In this document: piece after piece, positions 37,273 to 45,254 of the stretch
Numbering within the stretch: position 1 is the stretch's first letter
Layout of the letters: every line of letters starts with the position of its first letter
NCBI GenBank assembly: GCA_050733835.1
Contig: JBOHTW010000016.1
Location: forward strand, 1-47,955
DNA from: Vulcanimicrobiaceae bacterium
Lineage (GTDB): Bacteria; Vulcanimicrobiota; Vulcanimicrobiia; Vulcanimicrobiales; Vulcanimicrobiaceae
Length of the DNA: 47,955 nucleotides
Direction: 5' to 3'
The notes under the pieces: model-generated
Database searches by the model: none
Seen by the model: the letters and a program-made list of their open reading frames with translations, nothing else
What the model was told of the DNA's origin: nothing
Translations under genes and position numbers: made by a program

Positions 37273-39060
37273 ATGGCCATTAAAGATCTTCCCAGCACCG
37301 GTACGTCCGGCGGGCAATCGCGACTCGTCGAAATGTCGTGGGATCCGATCACCCGCATCGTCGGCAGCCTTGGGATTTACACCAAGATCGACTTCAATGC
37401 GCGCAAAGTGGCCGAATGCCACAGCACGTCATCGGTCTTTCGTGGTTACAGCATCTTCATGAAGGGCAAAGACCCGCGGGACGCCCATTTCATCACGTCG
37501 CGCATCTGCGGAATCTGTGGTGACAATCACTGCACGTGTTCGGTCTATGCGCAGAACATGGCGTACGGCGTGAAGCCGCCGCACTTGGGCGAGTGGGTCA
37601 TCAACCTCGGCGAAGCGGCCGAGTATATGTTCGACCACAACATCTTCCAAGAGAATCTGGTCGGCGTCGATTACTGCGAGCAGATGGTTCGCGAAACAAA
37701 CCCGTCGGTCTGGGAGAAGGCGAAGTCGACTCCGGCGCCTCACGCCGGCATCCACGGCTACAAAACGATCGCCGACATCATGACCTCGCTCAACCCGTTC
37801 ACCGGCGACTTCTATCGTCAAGCGCTGCAGATCAGCCGCTATACCCGCGAGATGTTCTGCTTGATGGAAGGCCGGCACGTCCATCCGTCGACGCTCTATC
37901 CGGGCGGCGTCGGCACAGTTGCGACCGTTCAGTTGTTCACCGATTACTATTCGCGCCTCATGCGCTACATCGAGTACATGAAGGTCTGCGTTCCACTCCA
38001 CGACGACCTGTTCGATTTCTTCTACCAGGCCCTGCCCGGTTACGAGCACGTCGGCGAGCGCCGGATTTTGCTCGGCTGCTGGGGCGCCTTCAACGATCCC
38101 GAGCACTGCGACTTCAACTATCGCAACATGACGAACTGGGGTCGCCACATGTTCGTCACGCCGGGCGTCGTCGTCGACGGCAAGCTCGTCACCAACGACC
38201 TCGTGCAGATCAACCTCGGGATCCGCATCCTGCTCGGCTCGTCGTACTACAACGATTGGGACGGCCAGGAGATGTTCGTCACCAAGGACCCGCTCGGCAA
38301 TCCGGTCGATCGCCGGCATCCGTGGAACATGCACACCAACCCAACGCCCAAGAAGCGCGATTTCTCCAAAGAGTATAGCTGGGTGATGTCGCCGCGCTGG
38401 TTCGACGGCAAGGACCATCTCGCGCTCGATACCGGCGGCGGCGCGATCGCACGCCTTTGGTCCACCGCGCTCTCGGGTTTGGTCGACATCGGCTACGTCA
38501 AGGCGACCGGCAACAGCGTGGTCATCAACTTGCCGAAGTCCGTGCTCACGGGGCCGGTCAGCTTCGAGTGGAAGTGCCCGAAGTGGTCTAACACGATCGA
38601 GCGCAACCGCGCACGCACCTACTTCCAAGCCTACTCGGCGGCCTGCGCGCTGCACTTCCTCGACAAGGCATTCGAGGAGCTGCGTGCCGGTCGGACCGCG
38701 ACTTGGGAGCCGTTCACGGTTCCGAAGGAAGGCTTCGGCGTCGGCTTCACCGAGGCGGTTCGCGGCGTGCTCTCGCACCACATGGTGATCCGCGACGGCA
38801 AGATCGCCAACTATCATCCGTGGCCGCCGACGCCGTGGAATGCGAACCCGCGCGACATCTACGGAACGCCGGGTCCGTACGAAGATGCGGTGCAAGGCTG
38901 TCCGATCTTCGAAGAAAACGGGCCCGAGCAGTTCAAGGGCATCGACATCATGCGGTCGGTTCGCAGCTTCGATCCGTGCCTACCGTGCGGGGTGCACATG
39001 TACCTCGGCGAAGGCCGGACGATTGAAACGGTCCATTCCCCGCTAGCGCCGTTCGGTTAG
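37273..39060 (+). CDS. hhyL: [NiFe]-hydrogenase large subunit, group 1h (Hhy)
   Basis: 595 aa. N-terminal Ni-ligand motif TSRICGICGDNH at 37501-37530 and C-terminal SFDPCLPCGVH at 38971-38997. A 20-aa tail after His is presumably removed by the protease. Confidence 0.93.
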   Translation: MAIKDLPSTGTSGGQSRLVEMSWDPITRIVGSLGIYTKIDFNARKVAECHSTSSVFRGYSIFMKGKDPRDAHFITSRICGICGDNHCTCSVYAQNMAYGVKPPHLGEWVINLGEAAEYMFDHNIFQENLVGVDYCEQMVRETNPSVWEKAKSTPAPHAGIHGYKTIADIMTSLNPFTGDFYRQALQISRYTREMFCLMEGRHVHPSTLYPGGVGTVATVQLFTDYYSRLMRYIEYMKVCVPLHDDLFDFFYQALPGYEHVGERRILLGCWGAFNDPEHCDFNYRNMTNWGRHMFVTPGVVVDGKLVTNDLVQINLGIRILLGSSYYNDWDGQEMFVTKDPLGNPVDRRHPWNMHTNPTPKKRDFSKEYSWVMSPRWFDGKDHLALDTGGGAIARLWSTALSGLVDIGYVKATGNSVVINLPKSVLTGPVSFEWKCPKWSNTIERNRARTYFQAYSAACALHFLDKAFEELRAGRTATWEPFTVPKEGFGVGFTEAVRGVLSHHMVIRDGKIANYHPWPPTPWNANPRDIYGTPGPYEDAVQGCPIFEENGPEQFKGIDIMRSVRSFDPCLPCGVHMYLGEGRTIETVHSPLAPFG

Positions 39061-39076
39061 GCGCGGGTCACCGCGC

Positions 39077-39970
39077 GTGAGTTCAATCATGGACGACGCT
39101 TCGTTGCCGGCAGCCGGCGCGGAGCGCGAGGCATTGAACGTGCAGGCGAGCGTTGGACGCATCGAAGCACTGCTTGCAGGCTTCGACGCGTCGCCGACCG
39201 TCCGCGCCGACCGGTTGCGAGCCGAGGAGTTGGTTCGCACCCTGATGGCGCTGTATGGGTCGGGACTCGAGCGCATTCTCACGATCGTCTACGACACACT
39301 CGGCGAAGCCGGGTCGGCCGCGGTGTTCGACCGGCTCTGCGCCGATCGGGCCGTCGAAAGTCTGCTCGCACTGCACGATCTTCACCCGATTCCCGTTGAC
39401 GAGCGGGTGCAGCGCGCGCTTGACAGCGTTCGCCCCTACCTCAAGTCGCACGAAGGCGACATCGAGATTCTCGAGATCGCCGACGGCGTCGTTCACCTGA
39501 AGCTCGCCGGCAGTTGCAAGGGCTGTCCCTCGTCGGCGGCGACCGTCAAGCTCTCGGTCGAGAAAGCGATCCTCGAGCAAGTGCCCGAGATTCACGAAGT
39601 GCGGGCCGTCGGCGTCGCAGCCGAACCGGCCGCCATGAGTTTGCGCATCGAGAGCGACTGGATCGACCTGTCGAGCGTTCCGCAACTCGGCGAACGCGGT
39701 TTCGCGGTCTTCGAGTTGGACGGCATGCCGGTCTTGCTCGCCCGGTTGGGCGAGACGCTCTACGCCTATCGTAATCAATGTCCGACCTGTCTGCGGTCGC
39801 TCGCGCAGGCCCGGCTCGATCGCTCGGCGCTCGTCTGCGACGGTTGCGGACAGAGTTTCGACCTGGTGCATGCCGGCCGCGCCGACGGAAACGAGCGCGT
39901 CTTCATCGAGCCGTTCCCGCTCGTGCACGAGGCCGGTCGCATTCGGATCGCGCTGCCCGCGGTAACCTGA
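39077..39970 (+). CDS. Hydrogenase-associated FeS protein: helical N-domain + NifU C-terminal-like domain + all-Cys Rieske-like domain
   Basis: 297 aa (GTG at 39077 or ATG at 39089). The Nfu/NifU_C-like block is VRPYLKSHEGDIEILEIADGVVHLKLAGSCKGCPSSAATVK. The C-terminal domain, with YRNQCPTC...VCDGCG, sits where Rieske proteins have CxH...CxxH. Confidence 0.75.
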   Translation: MSSIMDDASLPAAGAEREALNVQASVGRIEALLAGFDASPTVRADRLRAEELVRTLMALYGSGLERILTIVYDTLGEAGSAAVFDRLCADRAVESLLALHDLHPIPVDERVQRALDSVRPYLKSHEGDIEILEIADGVVHLKLAGSCKGCPSSAATVKLSVEKAILEQVPEIHEVRAVGVAAEPAAMSLRIESDWIDLSSVPQLGERGFAVFELDGMPVLLARLGETLYAYRNQCPTCLRSLAQARLDRSALVCDGCGQSFDLVHAGRADGNERVFIEPFPLVHEAGRIRIALPAVT

Positions 39971-39973
39971 CCG

Positions 39974-40633
39974 ATGGATGAGGGCGCTAGCGCCGTCAAC
40001 GACTTCGCCGCTCTTCGGGGGATGCTCAAGCAGCGCAAAGTCGTGCCGGGTGAGGTCTGCGATCTGTGTGCCACGCCGGTCGGCGCGACGCACTCCCATG
40101 TCATCGAGTTGAACGCGCGGCGGATCCTCTGCAGTTGCCGGCCATGCTACCTGTTGTTCACGCATGAAGGAGCGGCTCAAGGACGCTACAAAGCGATCCC
40201 GAGCCGCTTTCTGCGGATCGCCGATTTCGCGGTCGACGAGGCCGCGTGGGACGAGTTGCAGATCCCGATCGGGCTCGCGTTTTTCTTCGTGAACTCACTC
40301 GAAAACAAGATGCTTGCTTTCTATCCGGGGCCGGCCGGCGCAACCGAGTCGCAGTTGCCGCTGGAGACCTGGCAGTCGATTGCGGCCGGCTATCCCCAAC
40401 TTGCAACGCTCGCGCCCGACGTCGAAGCGATCCTCATCCACCGGCCGAAAGCCGGCGGCCAGCAGTGGTGCTGCATCGTGCCGATCGACGCGGCCTACGA
40501 ACTCGTCGGCATCATCCGCACGACCTGGCGCGGCTTCGACGGCGGCGAGGTCGCGTGGCGGCGGATCGACGCGTTCTTCAACGACGTCGCGGCCAAGAGC
40601 GAGGGCTGGACGACGGCCCCGATCACATCGTGA
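39974..40633 (+). CDS. Conserved hypothetical, Cys/His-rich N-terminus (hydrogenase-cluster protein)
   Basis: 219 aa with the motif CDLC-x7-HSH-x10-CSCRPC at 40058-40147. Starts 3 nt after the preceding stop. From memory it resembles the DUF-type proteins next to actinobacterial hhyL; unverified. Confidence 0.7.
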   Translation: MDEGASAVNDFAALRGMLKQRKVVPGEVCDLCATPVGATHSHVIELNARRILCSCRPCYLLFTHEGAAQGRYKAIPSRFLRIADFAVDEAAWDELQIPIGLAFFFVNSLENKMLAFYPGPAGATESQLPLETWQSIAAGYPQLATLAPDVEAILIHRPKAGGQQWCCIVPIDAAYELVGIIRTTWRGFDGGEVAWRRIDAFFNDVAAKSEGWTTAPITS

Positions 40634-41268
40634 TCGCTCTCGGGTTCGCGGTCGACGGCGTTCGGGTCGAACGCTATGCCGTGGCGCCGCTCATCGCGCT
40701 CCAACTGCGCGTCACCGAGTCGACCGGCGCCGAGTTGCACTCGATCGCGCTGCGGGTTCAGGTGCGGATCGAGCCGCGCGGCCGGCGCTACACGGCCGAC
40801 GAGTCGGGAAAGCTGATCGACATGTTCGGCCCCCCCGAACGGTACGGCACGACCTTACAGCCGTTACTGTGGACGCACGTCGCGGCGATGGTTCATGGTT
40901 TCTCGGGTGCGACGACCGTCGACGTCCAACTGCCGGTCAGCTACGACTTTGAAGTCGCCGCCAACAAATATCTCGGTGCGCTCGAAGCCGGCGAGATTCC
41001 GTTGCTGCTGTTGTTTAGCGGGACCGTCTTCGTTCGCGCCGAGAACGGCTTCGCCGTTGAACTCATTCCGTGGGAACTCGAGGCGCGGTTCCGCTTGCCG
41101 GTTTCGGCATGGCGCGAAGCGATCGATGCGTTCTTTCCGGGGACCGCGTGGATTCGTCTCGGCCGCGATGCGTTCGACGAGCTGGCGCGCTTCAAATCCG
41201 CCCGCGGTCTGCCGACCTGGGACGCGGCGCTAGCGGCGTTGCGCGACGCCGCGGCGGTCAAGCCATGA
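40630..41268 (+). CDS. Conserved hypothetical (hydrogenase-cluster protein)
   Basis: The GTG at 40630 overlaps the upstream TGA (GTGA). 212 aa, starting VIALGFAVDGVRVERYAVAPLIALQLRV and apparently beta-rich. The upstream part of the track ORF was trimmed. Confidence 0.65.
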   Translation: MIALGFAVDGVRVERYAVAPLIALQLRVTESTGAELHSIALRVQVRIEPRGRRYTADESGKLIDMFGPPERYGTTLQPLLWTHVAAMVHGFSGATTVDVQLPVSYDFEVAANKYLGALEAGEIPLLLLFSGTVFVRAENGFAVELIPWELEARFRLPVSAWREAIDAFFPGTAWIRLGRDAFDELARFKSARGLPTWDAALAALRDAAAVKP

Positions 41269-42593
41269 CCGAGTTTGCGCCGGCGCTAGCGGTCGCCGAT
41301 GCCGTCCTCTACGAAGGCTACCTGCTGTATCCGTACACCGCGTCCGCGCGCAAGAACCGGTTGCGCTGGCAGTTCGGCGTCATCGTTCCCGAAGGGTCGA
41401 CCGGCGTAGCCGACGGCGAGCCGACCGAGCACCAGAGCCAGATCGTGTTGGTTGCCGGCGGCGATCCGGTCGTCGACGTGCTCGTGCGCTTTCTGCAAGT
41501 CGAGGCGCGGATGGTCGAAGCGGTCGCGGACGGCGGGTTCGCACCGGTCGATTCGCTGGTCGTCGACGGAACCGAACACTTGACGTGGGACGAAGCGATC
41601 GTGCGCGAAGTGCGCGCTTCGGTCCGCCCGCTTCACGAGGCGACGAAGCTCGTTGCGATCGCGTTCGATTACGAACAAACGACCGAGGAGTTGCGCGATT
41701 CGAGCGGCGCGCTCGCCGGCCGCGTCACGCGCACGCGCCAACCGCTGTGCGGCACGGTCGCGTTCGACTGCGATCCGTTGCCGGAGCCGGGTCTGTTGCG
41801 ACTGACCTTGCGCTTGAACAATCGGTCGGTGAGCGGACCGGCCGGCGACCGCGCCGACATGCTAAGAACGGCGTTCATCTCGGCGCACACGGTGCTCAAA
41901 GCGAACGACGGACGGTTCGTTTCGCTGGTCGACCCGCCGGCGGAGGCGGTCGAGAGCGTGCGCGGCTGCGCGAACCGGCACACCTGGCCGGTCTTGGTCG
42001 GCGAACCCCTGAACGACGGTCACGCCGCGGCGCTCGTCCTATCCTCGCCGATCATCCTCTACGACTTCCCGTCGGTCAACGCGCGGACGGACACCGACCA
42101 GTTCGATGCAACCGAGATCGACGAACTGTTGAGCTTGAGCGTGCTCAGCCTGTCGGACGACGAGCGGCGCGAGGCCCGCGCGACCGACCCGCGTGCGCGC
42201 GCAATCGTGGAACGCGCCGAACGGATGGGGCCCGAGCAGATCGCGCGCCTACATCTGGGCGCGCTGCGGCGGATCGACCCGGAGATTCCGACGACGGCCG
42301 ACGATCCGTTCGGGCCGATCGACGTTCCGAGCATCGATTGCGTCTTCGTCGACGGTGTAAAGGTAGCGAAGGGTTCGCTCGTGCGGCTCGCGCCCAAGCG
42401 CCGGGCCGACGTATGGGATATGTTCTTGGTCGGCAAGACGGCGACGGTCCGGGCAATTCACCAGGATTTCGAAGACCAGCTCTACGTCGCGGTCACCGTC
42501 GACGACGACCCCGCCAGCGATCTGCACCACTGGTACGGACGTTCGCTGTTCTTCTATCCCGACGAAGTCGAGCCGCTGGGGAAGTCGCGGTGA
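41265..42593 (+). CDS. Conserved hypothetical, 442 aa (hydrogenase-cluster protein)
   Basis: The ATG at 41265 overlaps the upstream TGA (ATGA). Starts MTEFAPALAVADAVLYEGYLLYPYTASARKNRLRWQFGV. No cofactor motif recognised. GC3-rich throughout. Confidence 0.65.
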   Translation: MTEFAPALAVADAVLYEGYLLYPYTASARKNRLRWQFGVIVPEGSTGVADGEPTEHQSQIVLVAGGDPVVDVLVRFLQVEARMVEAVADGGFAPVDSLVVDGTEHLTWDEAIVREVRASVRPLHEATKLVAIAFDYEQTTEELRDSSGALAGRVTRTRQPLCGTVAFDCDPLPEPGLLRLTLRLNNRSVSGPAGDRADMLRTAFISAHTVLKANDGRFVSLVDPPAEAVESVRGCANRHTWPVLVGEPLNDGHAAALVLSSPIILYDFPSVNARTDTDQFDATEIDELLSLSVLSLSDDERREARATDPRARAIVERAERMGPEQIARLHLGALRRIDPEIPTTADDPFGPIDVPSIDCVFVDGVKVAKGSLVRLAPKRRADVWDMFLVGKTATVRAIHQDFEDQLYVAVTVDDDPASDLHHWYGRSLFFYPDEVEPLGKSR

Positions 42594-43063
42594 ATCGGGT
42601 TTTGGTCGCCGGCGTGGGCAACATTTTTTTCGGCGACGATGGGTTCGGCTCCGAAGTCGCCCGCCGGTTGCTCGCCGAGCCGCCGGCGGCCGGCGTCCAC
42701 GTCGAGGATTTTGGGATTCGCGGCTTGCACTTGGCATACGAGTTGCTGGCAGGTTACGACTACGCGATCTTGATCGACGCGGTTGGCCGCGGGGCGGCAC
42801 CGGGCACGCTGTTCGTCATCGAACCCGACGTTATGGCGCCCGGCGTTACGCCCGATGCGCACGGCATGCAGCTCGAGAACGTCTTCGCCCTGATGCGAAC
42901 CCTCGGCGATCCCCCGCCAGCGATTCAACTCGTCGGTTGTGAGCCCGAATCGACCGATGAAGGGATCGGCCTTCGCCCGAGCGTTGCGCGCGCCGTCGAT
43001 GCGGCGCTGCCCCTGATCCGACAGTTGATTGAAAGAAAGGTGAGCGTATGGTCCGCGGTTTGA
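42590..43063 (+). CDS. hupD: [NiFe]-hydrogenase maturation endopeptidase (HupD/HybD/HyaD family)
   Basis: GTG overlaps the upstream TGA. Sequence reads VLVAGVGNIFFGDDGFGSEVARRL...ILIDAV...DAHGM, carrying the family Asp/Asp/His metal ligands. Confidence 0.85.
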   Translation: MNRVLVAGVGNIFFGDDGFGSEVARRLLAEPPAAGVHVEDFGIRGLHLAYELLAGYDYAILIDAVGRGAAPGTLFVIEPDVMAPGVTPDAHGMQLENVFALMRTLGDPPPAIQLVGCEPESTDEGIGLRPSVARAVDAALPLIRQLIERKVSVWSAV

Positions 43064-43311
43064 TTTTAGGAGCGGTGGCCTTCGGCGCGATCTTCTTCGC
43101 CGAGCGCCAATTCGAACACGTCAAGAAGGATCTCGACCGATACGACAGCCTGCGCGCGATGTCGGGCGACGAGCCGTTTCTGAAGGAACAGCTCAACAAT
43201 CTGCTCGGCATGTTCGGTTCGTTTGGTTCGGCCCGCCAGAGTCAAGCGATGGGTTTGTTCGACAGCCTACAGGGGGACCTGATGCGGTATGCCCGACTCC
43301 GCGGGATGTAG
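43048..43311 (+). CDS. Small N-terminally membrane-anchored hypothetical protein
   Basis: 87 aa with a TM helix (MVRGLILGAVAFGAIFFA), then an amphipathic region. Overlaps the protease gene end by 16 nt. Confidence 0.55.
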   Translation: MVRGLILGAVAFGAIFFAERQFEHVKKDLDRYDSLRAMSGDEPFLKEQLNNLLGMFGSFGSARQSQAMGLFDSLQGDLMRYARLRGM

Positions 43312-43813
43312 CCGCTACGCCGCCCTGCCGTACGACTCAACTCTCACATTCGAAGCCCGGTCGAGCCTGCACCCCGTTCACGGAAAGGCGACCAACCTGA
43401 CCGGCTACGTCGACGCGGCCTGGTCGGACGACGGTTTACGGCTGGAGCCGCCGCCGGCGATGCACGTCGAAGTGCCGGTCGAGCGGTTGCGTTCGGGGAA
43501 CGACCTGCAGGACCGCGAGATGCGGAAACTGGTGGATAGCCGGCGCAATCCGTCGATCGTCGCCGATCTCGCGGGCGTGCGCCCGACCGGCACGCCCAAC
43601 CGGTTTGCGGCCGACGGCGACATCACGCTGGCCGGTCGCACGCACCGCTACTCGGGCGAGATGGCGGTCACCCTCGCCGGCAACCGGATCACCGTCGAAG
43701 GTGACTTGCGGGTCGACATCCGCGATTTCGGGCTGCAGCCGCCGAAGGTCTTGTTTCTCAAAGTCGAACCGCAGGTCAACGTGCACTTGCGCCTCATCGC
43801 CGCGCGGCAGTAA
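43289..43813 (+). CDS. YceI-like (lipid/polyisoprenoid-binding beta-barrel) protein, no signal peptide
   Basis: 174 aa. By eye it aligns to YceI: VEVPVERLRSGNDLQDREMRKLVDSRRNPSIVADL against vdTn-x-RD-x-hL-x-FF-x-yP-x-atF, and GDITLAGRTHRYSGEMAV against GdLTlnGvtkpv. The N-terminus is not hydrophobic. Confidence 0.6.
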   Translation: MPDSAGCSRYAALPYDSTLTFEARSSLHPVHGKATNLTGYVDAAWSDDGLRLEPPPAMHVEVPVERLRSGNDLQDREMRKLVDSRRNPSIVADLAGVRPTGTPNRFAADGDITLAGRTHRYSGEMAVTLAGNRITVEGDLRVDIRDFGLQPPKVLFLKVEPQVNVHLRLIAARQ

Positions 43814-43833
43814 GGTAAAGGAGAGGGCTAGCG

Positions 43834-44139
43834 ATGTGCCTTGCGATTCCGGGTCAGGTCATCGAGATGTCGGCGGACCAGCCGCTGCTGGCGAAGGTCG
43901 ATGTGAGCGGCGTGCGCCGCAACGTAAACGTCGGCTTGCTCGAAGACGACCCGGTCGTGCCGGGTGACTGGGTGTTGATCCACGTCGGGTTCGCCCTCTC
44001 GAAGATCGGCGAGGAACAGGCGCGCGACCAGCTCCGCATGCTCAAGGCGCTCGGCGAGGATGCGCTGGCGATCGAAGAGGTGCGCGGCTACACCTTCGCC
44101 GACGAAGCCGCCGGCCGGCCCGGCGAGCCGGCGACATGA
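43834..44139 (+). CDS. hypC: Hydrogenase assembly chaperone HypC/HupF
   Basis: MCLAIPGQVIEM N-terminus. AAGGAGAGG RBS upstream. Confidence 0.93.
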   Translation: MCLAIPGQVIEMSADQPLLAKVDVSGVRRNVNVGLLEDDPVVPGDWVLIHVGFALSKIGEEQARDQLRMLKALGEDALAIEEVRGYTFADEAAGRPGEPAT

Positions 44140-45248
44140 AATACGTCGACGAGTTTCGCGATCCTGAACTCATCGGGGGAATCGCCCATGAGATCGCGCG
44201 CATCGTCGATCCGGCGCGGACCTACCGGATCATGGAAGTATGCGGCGGTCACACGCATGCGATCTACCGCCACGGCTTGCGCGACGTGTTGCCGGCGAAT
44301 GTCGAACTGATCCACGGTCCCGGTTGTCCGGTCTGCGTCTTGCCGACCGGCCGGGTCGACGACGGCCTCGCGATCGCGGCCCACCCGAACGTCATTCTGA
44401 CCTGTTTTGGCGATATGATGCGCGTGCCCGGGACCAAAGGGACGCCGCTGGAGCAGAAGGCGCGCGGCGCCGACATCCGCATGGTCTATTCGCCGCTCGA
44501 TGCGCTCAAGTTGGCGCAGGACAACCCATCGCGCCACGTCTGCTTCTTTGCGATCGGCTTTGAGACGACCGCACCGTCGACGGCGCTGACCCTGCTTCGC
44601 GCGCGCGCGCTCGGCATCCGCAACTTCTCGATCTTTTGCAACCACGTGACGATCGTTCCGGCGATTCGTGCGATCCTCGATTCACCCGATATGCGAATCG
44701 ACGGCTTCGTCGGTCCCGGCCACGTCTCGACGATCACCGGTTGCCGGCCCTACGAGTTCATCGCGCGCGACTACGGCAAACCGGTCGTCGTCTCGGGGTT
44801 CGAACCGGTCGACATTCTCGAGGGCATCTTGAAGATCGTCCGCCAACTGCATGCGCACGAGTCGAAAGTCGAAAACCAATACAGTCGCATCGTGCCGTGG
44901 GAAGGCAACTTCGCAGCCTTGAAAGCGATGGCGAGCGTTTTTGAGTTGCGACCGTACTTTGAATGGCGCGGGCTCGGCTTCATCTCGCAATCGGCGCTGC
45001 GGATCGCGCCGGCGCTTGCCGCGTGGGACGCGGAGGTGCAGTTCGAACTTCCCGGGGTGCGGGTGACGGATCCAAAAGCCGCGCAGTGCGGCGAGGTTCT
45101 CAAGGGTGTGCTCAAGCCGCCGCAGTGCAAACTGTTCGGCAACGAGTGCAATCCCGAACATCCGATCGGCGCGTTGATGGTCTCGAGCGAAGGCGCCTGC
45201 GCGGCGTACTATCGCTATGCCCACCACGACGATCCCGTCAACGCGTAG
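44136..45248 (+). CDS. hypD: Hydrogenase formation protein HypD
   Basis: 370 aa with MKYVDEFRD, MEVCGGHTH, GPGCPVCV and FETTAP motifs. ATGA overlap with hypC. Confidence 0.95.
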   Translation: MKYVDEFRDPELIGGIAHEIARIVDPARTYRIMEVCGGHTHAIYRHGLRDVLPANVELIHGPGCPVCVLPTGRVDDGLAIAAHPNVILTCFGDMMRVPGTKGTPLEQKARGADIRMVYSPLDALKLAQDNPSRHVCFFAIGFETTAPSTALTLLRARALGIRNFSIFCNHVTIVPAIRAILDSPDMRIDGFVGPGHVSTITGCRPYEFIARDYGKPVVVSGFEPVDILEGILKIVRQLHAHESKVENQYSRIVPWEGNFAALKAMASVFELRPYFEWRGLGFISQSALRIAPALAAWDAEVQFELPGVRVTDPKAAQCGEVLKGVLKPPQCKLFGNECNPEHPIGALMVSSEGACAAYYRYAHHDDPVNA

Positions 45249-45254
45249 CGCGCC

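Noticed and set aside
35925-38895. 477-aa (35925-37358) and 488-aa (37429-38895) minus-strand ORFs
   Set aside because: Both are antisense to hhyS and hhyL, which have unmistakable hydrogenase motifs. Neither has independent support.
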